From contig NC_068992.1 in assembly GCF_001194135.2 (NCBI RefSeq), positions 16,692,540 through 16,756,539 on the forward strand: a stretch of DNA of 64,000 bases. The letters run 5' to 3'. Position 1 is the stretch's first letter. Each line of letters begins with the position of its first letter. The position numbers and the translations under genes are program-made. The DNA is from Octopus bimaculoides. Lineage: Eukaryota. Under the pieces are notes generated by a model. It ran no database searches. It saw nothing but the letters and a program-made list of their open reading frames with translations, and had not been told where the DNA came from. This document shows positions 40,676-53,429 of the stretch, piece by piece.

Positions 40676-41861
40676 AATATATATATATATATATACGCCT
40701 GTATGTATATTAATATCAGTATGTATGTCATTATTTAATTTTATTTCTAGATTTCTTACCAATAGATAAAGATCCGGTTGCTAACCTAGATCCAAGGCCT
40801 CTTCATTGGAATTTCAACAACATGAATAGGTTATTTTTGTATATATGTATGTATGTGTGTATGTATGTATGTATGTATGTATGTGTGTGTGTATGTATGT
40901 ATGTATGTATGGGTGGATGGATGGATGTTTTGTTTTATGTATGTATTCTAATGTATAAAGTTGTATATCTAGACATGTTCATTTATAGTCAGACAATAAA
41001 CTTCTGGAAAGTTTTACAGATTTTTATAGTTCCGGTTATGGATTGGATTCGTAGTCTTCGAATCAGCTTTTTCATTTCCGGTTCTGAGAAGCCTAAATTC
41101 TTTAGTTATTTAGGCAGTATGTTACATATCCCAGGGCCCCGTATGTATGAATATATGGGTGTATGTTGGTATACATGCATGTATGTTTACATGCGTGTTA
41201 TGTATGCTATGTATGCATAACCGCATATATGAATAACACGTCTATTTCTCTCACTATTTCTTTTGGTGGTAGTCTCTCCGTGGAATTACATTTAAGCATT
41301 GATAGAGCAGCACCAGTAAATCTCATACAATACTTATATATTTATTAATGCGCACACATAATTGCACGCACCCACGCGAGGGATGCATTTATGCATTTTA
41401 AAAGATCACCTTCTTAGGAAGATCTTAAATGTTTACATATGATACATTATACATCATGTCCAACGGAAACGAATATGGTTTCAAAAGCAGAATAAAACAT
41501 TAGAATATATCAACTAAGATATTATCTCAAAACAGAAGACTGTGAAGACATGATACGAAGTCAAACTTTTCGAATACGTCTTTCTTAGAGAGACATTCAC
41601 CGGTATTTTAAAATTACTACACAAAGTGAAATCCGCGTATCAAATAGGTTTAGCTTTATAGGGAAGTATCTTTTAGGTAGTATTAAGTTGTCAGATAACA
41701 ACCGGATTATTTCTTACCAAACATTATGTAAACTATTTACATTAAGTCTCTAAAACAATCCAGTACTGAAGTTCATTCAACAATGTAGTGAATAGATGAG
41801 CAGGATGTTGTTCATAAGGATTGGGTGGGGGGGGGGAATGCTTTCTGCCATTTATATTTTA

Positions 41862-42050
41862 AGTGCTTCAGTCATTGGACTCCAACCATGTTGGGGCACG
41901 GCATTGAAGGGTTTTAATTGAATATATCGACTCTATTTCGTTTTTAAGTCTGGCACTTATTCTATCAGTATTTTTTTTTACCTAACGGCTAAGTTACGGA
42001 GACATAAACATACCAACACCGTATAATAAGCGGTGGGCAGTCGAACACAT
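41862..42050 (+). mobile_element. SINE-like family B copy
   Basis: Contains TTCAGTCATTGGACTCCAACCATGTTGGGGCACGGC..AAGTCTGGCACTTATTCTATC..GCTAAGTTACGGAGACATAAAC..CAACACCG..AAGCGGTGG. Confidence 0.75.
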
Positions 42051-42134
42051 GTGTGTGTGTGTGAGTGAGTGCATGTATGTGTATGTGTGCATGTATATAT
42101 GTACTATGTATGTATGTTACCATATATGTATACC

Positions 42135-42285
42135 ACGGGCTTACACACAGTTTCCGTCAACCATAGTCACTCAGGAGGCATTGGTAGGCCCGGTGCCAAA
42201 GTAGAAGACACATAAGCTGCCGCTCAGTGTTGCTGAGATCGACACCTCGTGGTTTCAAAACCGTGATTCTTAAACACGCGGCCAA
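42135..42285 (-). mobile_element. SINE family C copy
   Basis: Contains ACGGGCTT..CAGTTTCCGTC..CACTCA..AGTAGAAGACAC..CTCGTGGTTTCAAAACC, the reverse complement of 49730-49880. Confidence 0.7.
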
Positions 42286-43956
42286 CAATTTGCAATTAAT
42301 ACAGATAGTTCTTCTGCCTTAAGTAGACAATCTCCCCTAAAAATGTGTTTCACTAAGCCTTCACTATGGACAAAAATGCATTTGATTCTGACTTGTCACA
42401 ATATTTTGTGCTCAAGTCAATCAATTAAAGTTGATTATATATATCCCATGACTCTTGATACGTTATATGTTGGTTGTAGAAAAAGATTTGATTTTATTCG
42501 CGCCATCTTGTACAAAATACCTACTGCCATCCATAATTGCACAACGAAGAGGTAAATCAATTTATATCCGCATGTTCCCATCCTTATAATTGAAAGTAGA
42601 GCAAATATACACGATCACACGTTACATTATTGGTTCATCATAGAAAAGTTATATTGTGACTTTAATATAGGAAAGCATTAGATTTCATTACTCCCACCCT
42701 CTTGTACAAAATATTAGCTGCCCTACTTGTTAACCTTGGTATTATCAGTAGGAGCAGATTAACCATCTCGACCTTGTAACTGAAAGTTTACACCCTTATG
42801 AATGAAAGGACATCTTATATTTCCGGCGATACCAATATTTTGAGTAATCACCTGTTCGTCTTTCTGACCGTAATGTCACTAAATCCTTTGTCATTTCGTT
42901 TGCCAGTGAAATGCGAGAATAAGCACTTCTTCGTAAACAATGATATGTTCATCGAAAGTCTCTGCTTCCCATGTCCACATAAAATATAATACAAACACTG
43001 TGGTATATTGTCGGATATCTGTACTGCAACAGGATATGGATTGATGAAATATTAGTAAACTAATCCACATTTAACTCCTTGCTGATCTATGTAAGAAATT
43101 TTTTTCTTTAGTAATAAAACTTATATGTGCTTGGCATGAACAAAAAAACATCTGGAACGTTGATATTGATACTATACCCGGTGAAAGATAGAAGCTGAAC
43201 AGCAGTTTAAACATCATTTGAAGACCATTTGAAGGTCAATCAGAAAACACCTGAAAGTATAAGCATTCAAAAGCGAAAGCAGAAAGTTGTGGAGTCGGGA
43301 GGGGAGCAATCACTTGTCCATGATCTTTCACAAACACCTAAGAGAGAAAAATTTACCAAACTGCAAAATATTGCGCATAGATATGCTGCCAAATTACCCA
43401 GGATCATATTACTATAGAAACAGACTAAAAATGGATAGTCTCTGTTTGATGCTCGTCCGTTCAATTACAGCACGATATCTATCATTGGCTATTTGGTTGC
43501 TAGCTTCAGGTACGGCACTGTATTCTTGATGAAATGGCATACAATGTTTTCAGTATGAAACACAATTCGGTAACGGTCAGAGAAAGTATATTGCTCCCAT
43601 ACATATATATATATATCAATACAAGTAAATTCGATGTTACTTTCTTAGTAACCGTCGCTAAGTTCAAAGACATACGAAGTTCTAATGTAAACGTTTAGTA
43701 TCGAACAGAAAAATTACATGTAGCTATGTGTGTGAATTACATTACTCATGTGAACACTGCATTCTGAATTATTAGCAATAAAATATGTAGGGAAATCTGT
43801 ATCGAAACGTTGTGTATTTCTCAGAAGATTGATATTTTATATCTGTAACATTGACTTTTGCTACACTCGTCAATGTTAAAAAGCGCGTTTTTGATAATCA
43901 AAAAAAAGTAGTACAAATCTGCAAGATTATATAACATGATACATTTCCCTTGAAGG

Positions 43957-44110
43957 TGACGAGCTACAGAATCGTTACTGCGCCGGGAAAAATGATTACC
44001 GACATTCCGTCCGTCTTGCTCTCTCGGTGAAAATCTGACTAGGTCCATTTTGTTTTTCATCCTTTCGGACACGATGAAGTAAGTACCAGTGGACTGAGTG
44101 GACTGGAGTC
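43957..44110 (+). mobile_element. SINE family A copy, diverged
   Basis: Contains GACGAGCTACAGAATCGTTACTGCGCCGGGAAAAATG..TCCGTCCGTCTT..CATCCTTTCGG..GATGAAGTAAGTACCAGT. Confidence 0.7.
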
Positions 44111-44589
44111 ACGTCAAATGAAGTGCTTTGCTCAAGAAGGCAACGCACCTCTCAGTCAGCAATTCGAGCCCACGATCTAGAGATCGTGAGTATAAGACCC
44201 TAACCTCAAGGCTATGCACCTTCACACATGCGCCCGCGCTATATTTCTTGACATACGAATATTTTTGACATTAACAGTATTTCAGTAACTGAAACTAACC
44301 AGTCTCGCTAATCCATCGAAAATCTGGTGCAAAATGATATAGCAAAAATAGAGACAATAGGACGACTGAAATCACCATTATTCATAATTTACATATAATC
44401 GTGCTGAAATTAATCTCACTAAGCTCTCACAAACACTATTAAACAAGTGGGTGCTTTTGACGGAAGAAGGAACAAACCAACCACTGTGTTGTTAAAAAGT
44501 ATTGATGATATCACAATATGAAGATATGTTATATCACGCTTTGATCAACTACTCCCTGTCCGTATATTGCGTGTAGCATTCTGAACTAA

Positions 44590-44872
44590 TAGTTGTTGAT
44601 GTTGGCACACTATCGCTTACGACGTTGAGAGTTCCGGTTGATCCGATAAACGGAACAACCTACTCGTGAATTTAACGTGCAAGTGGTTGAGCACTGCACA
44701 GACACGTGTACCCTTAACGTAGTTCTCGGGGATATTCAGCGTGACACAGTGTGACAAGGCTGACCCTTTGAATTACAGGCACAACAGAAACAGGAAGTAA
44801 GAGTGAAAGAAAGTTGTGGTGAAAGAGTAGAGCAGGGTTCGCCACCATCCCCTGCCAGAGTCTCGTGGAGCT
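44590..44872. repeat. Unclassified interspersed repeat (SINE-like), truncated by N-gap
   Basis: A higher-GC block (TTGATGTTGGCACAC..GTTCCGGTTGATCCGAT..AACGTGCAAGTGGTTGAGCAC..GTGTGACAAGGCTGACCCTTTG) that I recall as a common cephalopod repeat. It is single-copy within this window, so the call is not verifiable here. Confidence 0.45.
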
Positions 44873-46058
44873 NNNNNNNNNNNNNNNNNNNNNNNNNNNN
44901 NNNNNNNNNNNNNNNNNNNNNNNNNNNNNNNNNNNNNNNNNNNNNNNNNNNNNNNNNNNNNNNNNNNNNNNNNNNNNNNNNNNNNNNNNNNNNNNNNNNN
45001 NNNNNNNNNNNNNNNNNNNNNNNNNNNNNNNNNNNNNNNNNNNNNNNNNNNNNNNNNNNNNNNNNNNNNNNNNNNNNNNNNNNNNNNNNNNNNNNNNNNN
45101 NNNNNNNNNNNNNNNNNNNNNNNNNNNNNNNNNNNNNNNNNNNNNNNNNNNNNNNNNNNNNNNNNNNNNNNNNNNNNNNNNNNNNNNNNNNNNNNNNNNN
45201 NNNNNNNNNNNNNNNNNNNNNNNNNNNNNNNNNNNNNNNNNNNNNNNNNNNNNNNNNNNNNNNNNNNNNNNNNNNNNNNNNNNNNNNNNNNNNNNNNNNN
45301 NNNNNNNNNNNNNNNNNNNNNNNNNNNNNNNNNNNNNNNNNNNNNNNNNNNNNNNNNNNNNNNNNNNNNNNNNNNNNNNNNNNNNNNNNNNNNNNNNNNN
45401 NNNNNNNNNNNNNNNNNNNNNNNNNNNNNNNNNNNNNNNNNNNNNNATATATATTTATATATGTATGTGTGTGCGTGTCAGCGTGTATGTGTGTGCATAT
45501 GTATATATGTGTACGCGTATATATTATGTAAATGAGTGTAGGACTGTGTCCGGTGCATAAGTGAGACTTTCATGCACACGCCCCCATCTTTTTACGGATA
45601 TGGCTATGCTCTTATATCTGTGGTTGTAGGTGTGTGATAGGAGGATATATATGTATAAATATATGTTTGTACATATGTACATATATGTATATACGTATAT
45701 GCGAGAATATATATACATGCGTACGTATAAATACTCGTGTGTTTGTGTGTGTGCGTGTGTGTGAGTGTGTTTGCAAGCAGTATGTTATGCGTATGCAAGA
45801 GATTCCAAATCATGATTGGGATCAATATTATTCCGATCTTCTTCCTTCAAATCCACTTTATCCTAGTTATCTTTAAAACCATCATATTCGCCATTTAGTT
45901 GTCTTTAACACCGACATAACTATATATCATAGGCATCAACATTATGCAATTTATCACATCGGTATTGATATCATCACAACTATTACTGCTACAACTGCGA
46001 CTATTATCATCATCTTCATTATTCATCATAAACACACACACACACACGCACACACACA

Positions 46059-46127
<69 letters not shown>

Positions 46128-46864
46128 ACACGCACACATGTTTTCGCACCAGAGTGCGAACTGAGCGATTATTTTTCTTTACCAACATGCGAACTGCAAC
46201 CTTTTCAAGTTGACCAATAAAATGACTTTCAAGACTTTCTCTAAATATCTTCCTTGAAAGTACGCCCATGGTTTCGACGTAAAGAAATGGCGACGTTGGT
46301 GTTTCCTAAGTTTTATCTTGGTTTCTCTATTATTAATTATACTGTTGGATAAAGAAATCAAACAACATAAACAAATAACATAAGATAACGTCACTGATTC
46401 CGAGAATGTGATTATGAAGGTGATGATGCTCACGAAGTTTATGGTGACAATATTTCTGATAACGTTAACATAAGACTAACATATTCAGTAACAATAATAA
46501 ATTTAATTTATCCTCAACAATTTTTAGTTTTACCAATTTTGAATATATCGCTCATGTTTAAATCCTACCTAATTGACAATTGCATTTCTAACTCTGCCTT
46601 AACTTCTGGGACTCACATTTGTGTGCATCGATGGTGTTAAACCTCCGTTAACACCACCGTATACAGGTCCTTTCCGTTTTCTGTCACGCACAGATAATTT
46701 TTTTTTATTATTATTGTAGACCTTAATGGCCGTAAAGACACTATATCAGTCGATAGATTAAAAATGCTTCATAGAGAAAACTTTTCCTGTTGCCACTGCA
46801 GGCGACACACATACAGCATTACAAACACAGTTCGTACACCCACCTTCATATACAATGGCCACCA

Positions 46865-47090
46865 TTGGGATCGATCAGGTACCGGACAAGAATTCTGGAC
46901 TATTTTCCCGGGGGTTTTTTTTCACCTAATTGTTGAGAGCGGTCGGGTTCATTCTTAGTATTCTCGTTTGTGAGAACAGTTACAGTTGAGTATATTTCAG
47001 ATATTTTCATTTGACAAAAAATCATCTCTGGTCAATCGTTGAGAGGACGTTGGTGTTGCCCTGGCAGAGGTTTGCGCTCTCTGAGTGCTC

Positions 47091-47092
<2 letters not shown>
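46865..47092 (-). repeat. Unclassified interspersed repeat (possibly Helitron/Helentron-associated, non-autonomous) abutting a (TTA)n run
   Basis: The minus strand starts AACAAGAGCACTCAGAGAGCGCAAACCTCTGCCAGGGCAACACCAACGTCC directly after (AAT)n. Recalled as a recurrent cephalopod repeat; not verifiable here. Confidence 0.4.
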
Positions 47093-47146
<54 letters not shown>

Positions 47147-47875
47147 ATTATTATTATAATTATTATTATTATTGGCAGCAAGTAAAAGACATTTTCCTTG
47201 TTGTTGTTGTTCCTGCTGTTCGAAAATCATCATAAAGTTTGATAACCCTTCAACATAATGTAACATCACCGTTATCAGAAATAATATCACCATAAACTTC
47301 ATGAGCATCATGACCTTCATAATCACATTCTCGGAATCAGCGGATGTTATCTTCGTTATCATCTTCATCATCATCATCATCATCATCATCATTACAATTG
47401 ATAGACTTCGCCTGAATCAGAATCCTTCCAGGCAGATCATCACTCAAATCTTATCATTCCTTTTTCTCTCCTTCCCCATCACATCGTCGTTTACATATCG
47501 CATCTTCATCGATGCCGTTGCTGCCGCCAATGCCGTCATTATCATCATCAACATCATCATCATCAACACCAGCATTATCATCATAACCTCCACCACCACC
47601 ATCATCATCAGTATTATGCTCCACGCATCATCATCATTATCATTATCGTCATCATCATCATCGACTTCATCATAACTACCATCATCACTAACGTTGCTGT
47701 CATCATCATAACCTTCACCATCACGATCATGCGTGCGACGATGATTATCCCCGTCATCATGGTTGTCGTCGAAACGATCATCCTAATAATCACAACCATC
47801 AGAATCTCCATCATTATAATTAACATCAACATCCTCATCATTATCACAACTGTCATCATCAACATCGTGTTCATT
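47093..47875 (+). repeat. (TTA)n followed by a long degenerate (CAT)n array
   Basis: Read directly. A degenerate block AACATAAT/GATAACGTCAC..GAGAATGTGATTATGAAGGT..ATGCTCA.GAAGTTTATGGTGA at about 46370-46465 recurs inverted at about 47250-47340. Confidence 0.85.
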
Positions 47876-48623
47876 TTCAGACAAGCTAACGTGTCTCATG
47901 TCTCAACATATTTCCGAATCTGTTTAATTGAACGACATTTTAGCTAAGCGAAGCTAATCCGGATGTTATGATTACAGTATCCCCCCCCCCGCCACCAATT
48001 CAAATATCTACGATCATTGTTCCATGAAAATAACAGATATAATGAGCAATTTTTCTTTTCTGAAGTGTCCCCCCAACCATACCCGTGAGTCAGTCACATA
48101 TGTTACGAACAATCTTACATGAGTTTAATTATAACATATTTTAATTTGTACTTTACGAATTGGTAACATGGCTTAGATGTGCAATGCCCTGTTTGTCGAA
48201 GCTAGCCACGTTTTGCAGTCTGTTAAATCTAGTAACCTTTCACAGACAACACATCTGGTTTTTCAGCAGAAAGCATGGAATAATCGATTAAGAGTGACGT
48301 AAAACACCAGAGAACAATTTTGGTTGATATACACAATCACAGAGTGAACATATATACATACATACACAAAAATATGGATACACACACACACACACACACA
48401 TATATATACACAACTGTATTTTGTTTTTGGAAGCGTCAAATGTGTTTCATATTATACGGACAAGAAAGTAATACTTCGAATATTTCTATTATTTCCACGG
48501 CTATACCGAGAGAGGGGGTGGGGAAAGAGGTGGTATCTCAAGTTTGTACGTGCATGTATATATATTCGAATATAACATCTATTATATAACCAACAATATT
48601 GTGAAACAGCTGCAAAGGAATGA

Positions 48624-48667
<44 letters not shown>

Positions 48668-49494
48668 GTTTATTTGTGCGTGCGTGCGTGCGTGCGTGCG
48701 TGCGTGTGTGCTAGCGGGCACGCGTGTGTGCGTATGTGTGTGTGTTACTTTGTTGCGATTAAAGCATTATAGCGATATATTGTGTTTTGAAAAAATATTT
48801 ATCGGTATCTCTATACGCCATTTTAGCGACTGATACGTTTGTACACAACATTGCTTGCATATTCATTTATCTTTCACCTTCAAATCTTTTTCGATGTACT
48901 ATCTTTCCCATATTCATTCTTACCCATTACTTATATTGTAACTCCACTCGTTCAACAAGTTTGCAATTATTTCCAACTTACCAAGTGTTCTATACATACA
49001 TGCATAATACATTCTTACATGTATATGTGTGTATGTTCATGTATTTATGCGTTCTAGAGTAAAGCCATAAGCAAGTTCAGAGCTTAATATTAATTAATGA
49101 ATTGTACTACAGTTTAATGTCTCTGAGGAAGCTATATGATTTTACGCAGGAACTCATCTCTGTGTGCACTGTTTCTTATTACAGAAACAGCTGCAGGCAA
49201 ATTAAAATGATTACTTGATTCCTGCTCCCTTTACATTCATAAAGTAATAAATATGTGAAGCACATAAATGCAAAAGAAGGTGGAAAAAATAGTCCTCGAA
49301 TACCAAAGGTGGAGAAGTATGCTTTCCTATTAAAGCTGCATAGATATTGCAAAAATGGTTACTCTGAGTCTCATGTTAATCTGAGTTTTACGTTTCACGT
49401 AAAACTCAAAGTAACACTTATGTTTTGCAGCTTTAACAAAAAGCAGTGTGTATGTATGTAAGTATGTATGTATGTATGTATATATATATAAGTG

Positions 49495-49690
49495 GTATCC
49501 CATGCTGGGATACAACTTGAAAAATTTTTAGTCGAATGAATCGAACCCAGCAGTTAATTTGTAAAGCCTCGTACTTTTTCTATCGGACTCTTAGGCCGAA
49601 CCGATAACTTACGGGAACATAAACACGCCAGCACCGGTTGTCAAGCGGTGGTGGAGATACAAACACAGACACAAAGGTTCACACACACAC
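49495..49690 (+). mobile_element. SINE-like family B copy
   Basis: Contains CCCATGCTGGGATACAAC..TAGTCGAATGAATCGAACCC..TAAAGCCTCGTAC..CTATCGG..GCACCGGTTGTCAAGCGGTGGTGG..ACAAACACAGACAC. Confidence 0.8.
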
Positions 49691-49729
49691 ACACATACAC
49701 ATACATATGTGTATACCTGTTACTATGTT

Positions 49730-49880
49730 ATAAGAATCTTACTTCCCAACCACATGGTTTCGGTTTCAGTATCATTGCGTAGCAACTTGCGAAAGTGTCT
49801 TCTATAGCCATATGTTGACCAAAACCTGTGTTAGTGGATGTTGTAGACGGAAACTGAAAGAAGCCCGTCGTATATATATA
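49730..49880 (+). mobile_element. SINE family C copy
   Basis: Contains TAAGAATCTTACTTCCCAACCACATGGTTTCGGTTTCAG..AAAGTGTCTTCTATAGC..GTAGACGGAAACTGAAAGAAGCCCGTCGTATATATA. Confidence 0.8.
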
Positions 49881-49929
49881 TATGTATATGTATGTAAACG
49901 TCTATGCGTGTGTGTGTGGGGGGCTTCCG

Positions 49930-50072
49930 TTGACTCCCATAACCGCTTGACGACCGGTGTTGATGTAGAAGACACTAGCTATAGTAGAAGACACTTGCCA
50001 AAATTGTCACGCAGTGAGGCTGCAATTTTCTTACCACTCAGCCACGCCCACTTGCCCGCCCGCCTGCGCGCT
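49930..50072 (-). mobile_element. Partial family B plus partial family C copies, inverted relative to 49495-49880
   Basis: Contains ACCGCTTGACGACCGGTG (reverse complement of family B) and CTATAGTAGAAGACACTTGCC..ACGCAGTG..TTCTTACCACTCAGCCACGCC (reverse complement of the family C head). Confidence 0.7.
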
Positions 50073-50088
50073 GGCGTGCACGTGTGTG

Positions 50089-50140
<52 letters not shown>

Positions 50141-50142
50141 TG

Positions 50143-50176
<34 letters not shown>

Positions 50177-50548
50177 ACAGAACTGTATCTATGTATATAT
50201 TATTTTATTTTATAATGGAAACAACTTTGATTTTCAAATTTACCTTTACTGGCTTAGATATCTTTCTTTGCTAATTGCTACTTCTACCTGATAACTTACT
50301 ATCTAATTGCACTTTAATTACATCTTATCATACAATTTGTGTCCCTTGTAATTTAATTTGTTATATTATCGGAAAGTAATTTAATACACCGCGCGAAAAA
50401 ACATGCATACAAGCGTACACACATACATACATACACACATTTGTACATGTGCATATATATATATAAGTATACAGACACACACACACACACACACACAGAC
50501 ACACACACACACACACAGACACACACACACACACAAACACACACACAC

Positions 50549-51539
50549 NNNNNNNNNNNNNNNNNNNNNNNNNNNNNNNNNNNNNNNNNNNNNNNNNNNN
50601 NNNNNNNNNNNNNNNNNNNNNNNNNNNNNNNNNNNNNNNNNNNNNNNNNNNNNNNNNNNNNNNNNNNNNNNNNNNNNNNNNNNNNNNNNNNNNNNNNNNN
50701 NNNNNNNNNNNNNNNNNNNNNNNNNNNNNNNNNNNNNNNNNNNNNNNNNNNNNNNNNNNNNNNNNNNNNNNNNNNNNNNNNNNNNNNNNNNNNNNNNNNN
50801 NNNNNNNNNNNNNNNNNNNNNNNNNNNNNNNNNNNNNNNNNNNNNNNNNNNNNNNNNNNNNNNNNNNNNNNNNNNNNNNNNNNNNNNNNNNNNNNNNNNN
50901 NNNNNNNNNNNNNNNNNNNNNNNNNNNNNNNNNNNNNNNNNNNNNNNNNNNNNNNNNNNNNNNNNNNNNNNNNNNNNNNNNNNNNNNNNNNNNNNNNNNN
51001 NNNNNNNNNNNNNNNNNNNNNNNNNNNNNNNNNNNNNNNNNNNNNNNNNNNNNNNNNNNNNNNNNNNNNNNNNNNNNNNNNNNNNNNNNNNNNNNNNNNN
51101 NNNNNNNNNNNNNNNNNNNNNNNNNNNNNNNNNNNNNNNNNNNNNNNNNNNNNNNNNNNNNNNNNNNNNNNNNNNNNNNNNNNNNNNNNNNNNNNNNNNN
51201 NNNNNNNNNNNNNNNNNNNNNNNNNNNNNNNNNNNNNNNNNNNNNNNNNNNNNNNNNNNNNNNNNNNNNNNNNNNNNNNNNNNNNNNNNNNNNNNNNNNN
51301 NNNNNNNNNNNNNNNNNNNNNNNNNNNNNNNNNNNNNNNNNNNNNNNNNNNNNNNNNNNNNNNNNNNNNNNNNNNNNNNNNNNNNNNNNNNNNNNNNNNN
51401 NNNNNNNNNNNNNNNNNNNNNNNNNNNNNNNNNNNNNNNNNNNNNNNNNNNNNNNNNNNNNNNNNNNNNNNNNNNNNNNNNNNNNNNNNNNNNNNNNNNN
51501 NNNNNNNNNNNNNNNNNNNNNNNNNNNNNNNNNNNNNNN
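50549..51539. other. Assembly gap (largest of 17 N-runs); hides the continuation of the inverted repeat at 51540
   Basis: Run of N bounded by (CA)n on the left. Confidence 0.99.
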
Positions 51540-51631
51540 CATCAGTGGTCCTTTGTTTCCTTCCTTCTTATGGCTGATATTTAGCAAGGTGAGACACACA
51601 TAAGAAGGAAGGAAACAAAGGACCACTGATG
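51540..51631. repeat. Perfect 33-bp inverted repeat with a 26-nt spacer
   Basis: 51540-51572 CATCAGTGGTCCTTTGTTTCCTTCCTTCTTATG is the exact reverse complement of 51599-51631 CATAAGAAGGAAGGAAACAAAGGACCACTGATG. Confidence 0.95.
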
Positions 51632-51662
51632 AGGTCACAGAAGTGTGACGAAAGAACTCTGG
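51623..51662 (+). ncRNA. Type I minimal hammerhead ribozyme (Penelope/retrozyme-type)
   Basis: Layout is CCA | CTGATGA | G | GTCACA-GAAG-TGTGAC | GAAA | G-AA-C-TC | TGG. The catalytic core is intact, stem II is a perfect 6 bp, stem I is CCA/TGG and stem III is minimal. Predicted cleavage is after C51659 (CUC). Confidence 0.75.
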
Positions 51663-53429
51663 CCGAAATAAGATTAAGATTAATGTAATATAAAGCTGAA
51701 GCAAATTAACACCAAATATACAGTGCGTGTGTTTTTATTGGCTAAACTGGCAATATGACCAACCCCAAGTACAACAACATATATATATATGTATATATGC
51801 ATATATGCATATATATATATATGTATGTATATTTATATGTATTCATGAATATATAAATGTATGTATGAACGTATGTGTATGGTGTAAGTATATACATATG
51901 TATATATATATATATATATNNNNNNNNNNNNNNNNNNNNNNNNCATATATGCATATATATATATATGTATGTATGTATGTATGTATATATATACACATAT
52001 ATGTTGGTGCGTAATATGAAAAATGGCAGACCTCTATAAGGGAAGGTTACAAGAAACCTTCTAATTATCTAATTATCATACTTATTTATTAATTCATGTG
52101 TGTTTATCTTATATATATATTTTTCGTTTAACGCGTATTTAGACTAAGTATCTTTATCCGTTACTTTCCGATGCGTTCCGAGATAAAACGCCACCAATAT
52201 CCTATTAGATTTGGTAGATGCTTAATTTCATGCTCTGTGTGTTTGCCAATACGCTGTGGAAATCCGCCAAAATATAACTTTCGATATGGTCTTTTGTTCA
52301 GCACTGTAGCAGTGATGAGTACTGCTTACCCTATAAAAATAGATGAACTGGATGGAATTTTCCCACAAATCACTTTTGTTTTACGTTAAATCAATGAGAT
52401 ATCATGATATCTTGCGAGAAACCTGGTGTAAAAATCATAAAGGCGATTCCGAAGTTCCTTCTTCGCAGTTAAGGAACTTCGAAGTTCATACGTGTGTAAT
52501 TCAGGGAAATATCCACTGCATATCTATATAGATATTCGGATTCGAGTGAGCTACTTTGGTTAATAATAATAAGTTTACATATTATAAACCCTGGTGTCAA
52601 AAGATAGAATTCATTGTATATCTGATATTACAAGCGTTTGAAGATCGTATACCACCTTTCACTCTTCATTAACATACAATAACCAGCAAGCAATAGAGAA
52701 ATCGCCCGCCAAATCTTCTGTCTCCATAAACAATGCAAATGTTGCAATTGATAACCATTATCGTTACATGTTTTTATATTTTCGCTGTCGGGTCAAGAAA
52801 TTTAAGAAAAATGCGAACTAGAGACAAACAAAGGAATCTAAGTAGAATGATGAATTCTTTTTGCCGTTTCACTTCATTTCCATCAACACGTTATCCGATA
52901 TACAGTGGAGTGTGATCGAACTGGCAATACTTAGCATCATATTTGTCATTTTATTCATAAATCTAAACCTTCAATAATGCTATATGTTTTCTGCTGTCAA
53001 CTTTTCTTATTGTTATATTATATATCGGAAACAGAAAACAGTAGCAGTTTGAAAAATGCTCCAATGCTAACAGATAAACAAGAAAAATCTATCAAGTACT
53101 TGAGCGACGTGCTTACATGCGAAAAATACTAAATTTATTTCAGATTAATCATCTTGCGCTAAATTGGACGTTGCAAGTTTTTCGATGTAGAATTCCTGAA
53201 ATAATCAAAAACAAATGAAGCGACTGTCTCACTTGAGGGAATGGAAAATATCCTCTATACCGTATAGTATTGATTTAATCGTGTGTATGAGAGCTTTCCT
53301 TACGATTCTTTTTATTGCAGCCACCCGTTCATTTACTTCCCATGTCTTTTCAAATATTGTGACAGAATCTTTTTCTAATGTATTTCCTTGAGATAGTCTC
53401 CAAATAAAGATGATTAAAAACCAACATAC

